Positions 62,546-64,000 of a stretch of 64,000 bases of DNA are shown here, piece after piece. The stretch comes from Lama guanicoe. Its lineage: Eukaryota. Made by a program: the position numbers and the translations under genes. A model generated the notes under the pieces. The model was not told the DNA's origin. It made no database searches and saw nothing but the letters and a program-made list of their open reading frames with translations. The DNA lies in the NCBI GenBank assembly GCA_013239625.1, contig MU054448.1:2698566-2762565 (forward strand), given 5' to 3'. Positions within the stretch are counted from its first letter, which is position 1, and the number at the start of each line of letters is the position of its first letter.

Positions 62546-63049
62546 ATGAGTAGGAGAGAAAACAGTCTTCCATAACAACATTACTTATCATCCCAAAATT
62601 ACAAGAAAAGGACAGTTTCAAGCCAATGAAAGAAGTTCAGCAGGGCTGAAGCATGTTGGGCAATGTGGAGACACTGAACTGAATTTTGTCACATACTAGA
62701 CCACACACACAAAAGAGTACATGGATTTTTATAAGGAGAAATTGTTCAGGTTACATTCTCTGGCTTAAAACAAAAAGAAATTAAAACATAATAAAAGTGT
62801 GGTCCAAAAGAAAAATCTAACCACACAGGGAAATTTTAAAATGCTTTTTAAAAATTACTGTTGGGCCCAAAGGTACATTAGAACTGTAATTATAAACTAT
62901 TTAGAAATTAAAATCATATAAAGGACATGATCAAAACAATACACAGGCAAAAAAAATGTGGCCTTCAGTTTATTAAAAAAACAAGATATACTGACAATAA
63001 ACTATTAATTCAAGAAATTTAAGAAAAGTTGAGGGAACAACTGTCACAA

Positions 63050-63910
63050 GTAAAGAGCCTCTATTCTTTCTGTGCTCTCTGCCTCAAGCTCTCTTCCTCC
63101 CGTATCTGTGGGCTTCCTGCCCTCCCTCCCTTCCGGGGACTTCTCTCAAGTGTCATCTGATCAGACAGGTTTTCCCTGAAGCTCATTTCTTTTTTTTTTT
63201 CTTTTTAAACTGAAGAATAGTTGATTTACAATGTTGTATTAGTTTCTCATATACAACAAAGTGATTCAATTATATGTATATATATATGACATACATATAT
63301 ATGCTACATATATTTTATATTTTTATATATATATATATATATATAGTCTTTCTCTGATTCTTTCCCATCATAGCTTATTATAAGATATTGACCAGAGTTC
63401 CCTGTGCTACACAGTAGGATCTTGTTGTAGCATGTACCTGCTAATCCCAAACTCCTAATTTATCCCTCCTCCTCCTTCGCCCTTTGGTAACCATAAGTCT
63501 GTTTTCTGTGCCTGTGAGTCTGTTTCTGTTTTGTAAGTTCACTTGTACCATTTTTTAAGACTTCACATACCAGTGATACCATGTGATACTTGTCCTTTTC
63601 CGCCTGACTTACTGAAAGCTCATTCCTAAAACAGCATTCTAGCCCATCTCTCTCCAACTCTGCTTATGATCCTTCCCCTGACAGAGTCTGTGTGTCTTTG
63701 CTGTTATCTGTGTTCTCCAACTGAGGGATAAGCTCCCTGAGAGCAGGGCCCTTTGCCTACTTTGTCCCTGTCACATCCCCTATTTCCGGAAGAGTTCCTG
63801 GCCCATGTGCTCCACATGGCGGGGTCTATGACTGGCCTATTCACACTCCATCCCTTGCTCAGCATAAGGCCTGGAGTTGGGCAGATATGTAATAAATGTT
63901 TATTGAATTA
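63050..63910 (+). mobile_element. L2 3' end split by an L1
   Basis: tctcaagtgtcatctgatcagacaggttttccctga | ...taagctccctgagagcagggcc...aataaatgtttattgaat. Confidence 0.7.
63188..63615 (-). mobile_element. 5'-truncated L1 3' UTR with internal (TA)n
   Basis: Poly-T then actgaagaatagttgatttacaatgttg...agttccctgtgctacacagtagg...tttggtaaccataag; TSD aagctcatt at 63179-63187 and 63616-63624. Confidence 0.92.
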
Positions 63911-64000
63911 ATGTTACATTGTTTCACTGGATATTTAAAAATATCAATATTCTTTTTGGAGGACAAACATCCACATACATAATTATTAAATCAAGTGTAA

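Noticed and set aside
1-64000. CRISPR array, operon or prokaryotic defence system
   Set aside because: The sequence is mammalian; I saw no regularly spaced direct repeats and no long ORFs.

Overview
This is mammalian genomic DNA, most likely a camelid (alpaca/llama/camel). The inference rests on three tRNA-derived Vic-1-type SINEs, the cetartiodactyl-type L1 3' ends, and my not seeing any Alu, Bov-A/Bov-tA or PRE-1 SINEs. The window is repeat-dominated non-coding sequence (intergenic or deep intronic) from a draft assembly with four N-gaps. I cannot support any protein-coding gene: the supplied ORFs are short chance ORFs, L1 ORF1/ORF2 debris, gap-spanning artefacts or triplet-repeat read-through. 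Recognisable content is L1 fragments of several ages, L2, MIR, MaLR/ERVL/ERV1 solo LTRs, hAT/Tigger DNA transposons and microsatellites, often nested with readable target-site duplications (TSDs). Repeat family names are from memory of consensus sequences, not a database search, and boundaries without a TSD are approximate. I found no new multi-gene system. The best non-obvious find is a 40-nt tailless 5S rRNA retrocopy with a perfect 11-bp TSD (49772-49833). Next are a 5'-inverted L1 with twin-priming geometry, an inverted SINE pair, a double L1 tail inside one TSD, several orphan exon candidates (including a possible 9-nt microexon) and a few transcription-factor motif clusters.
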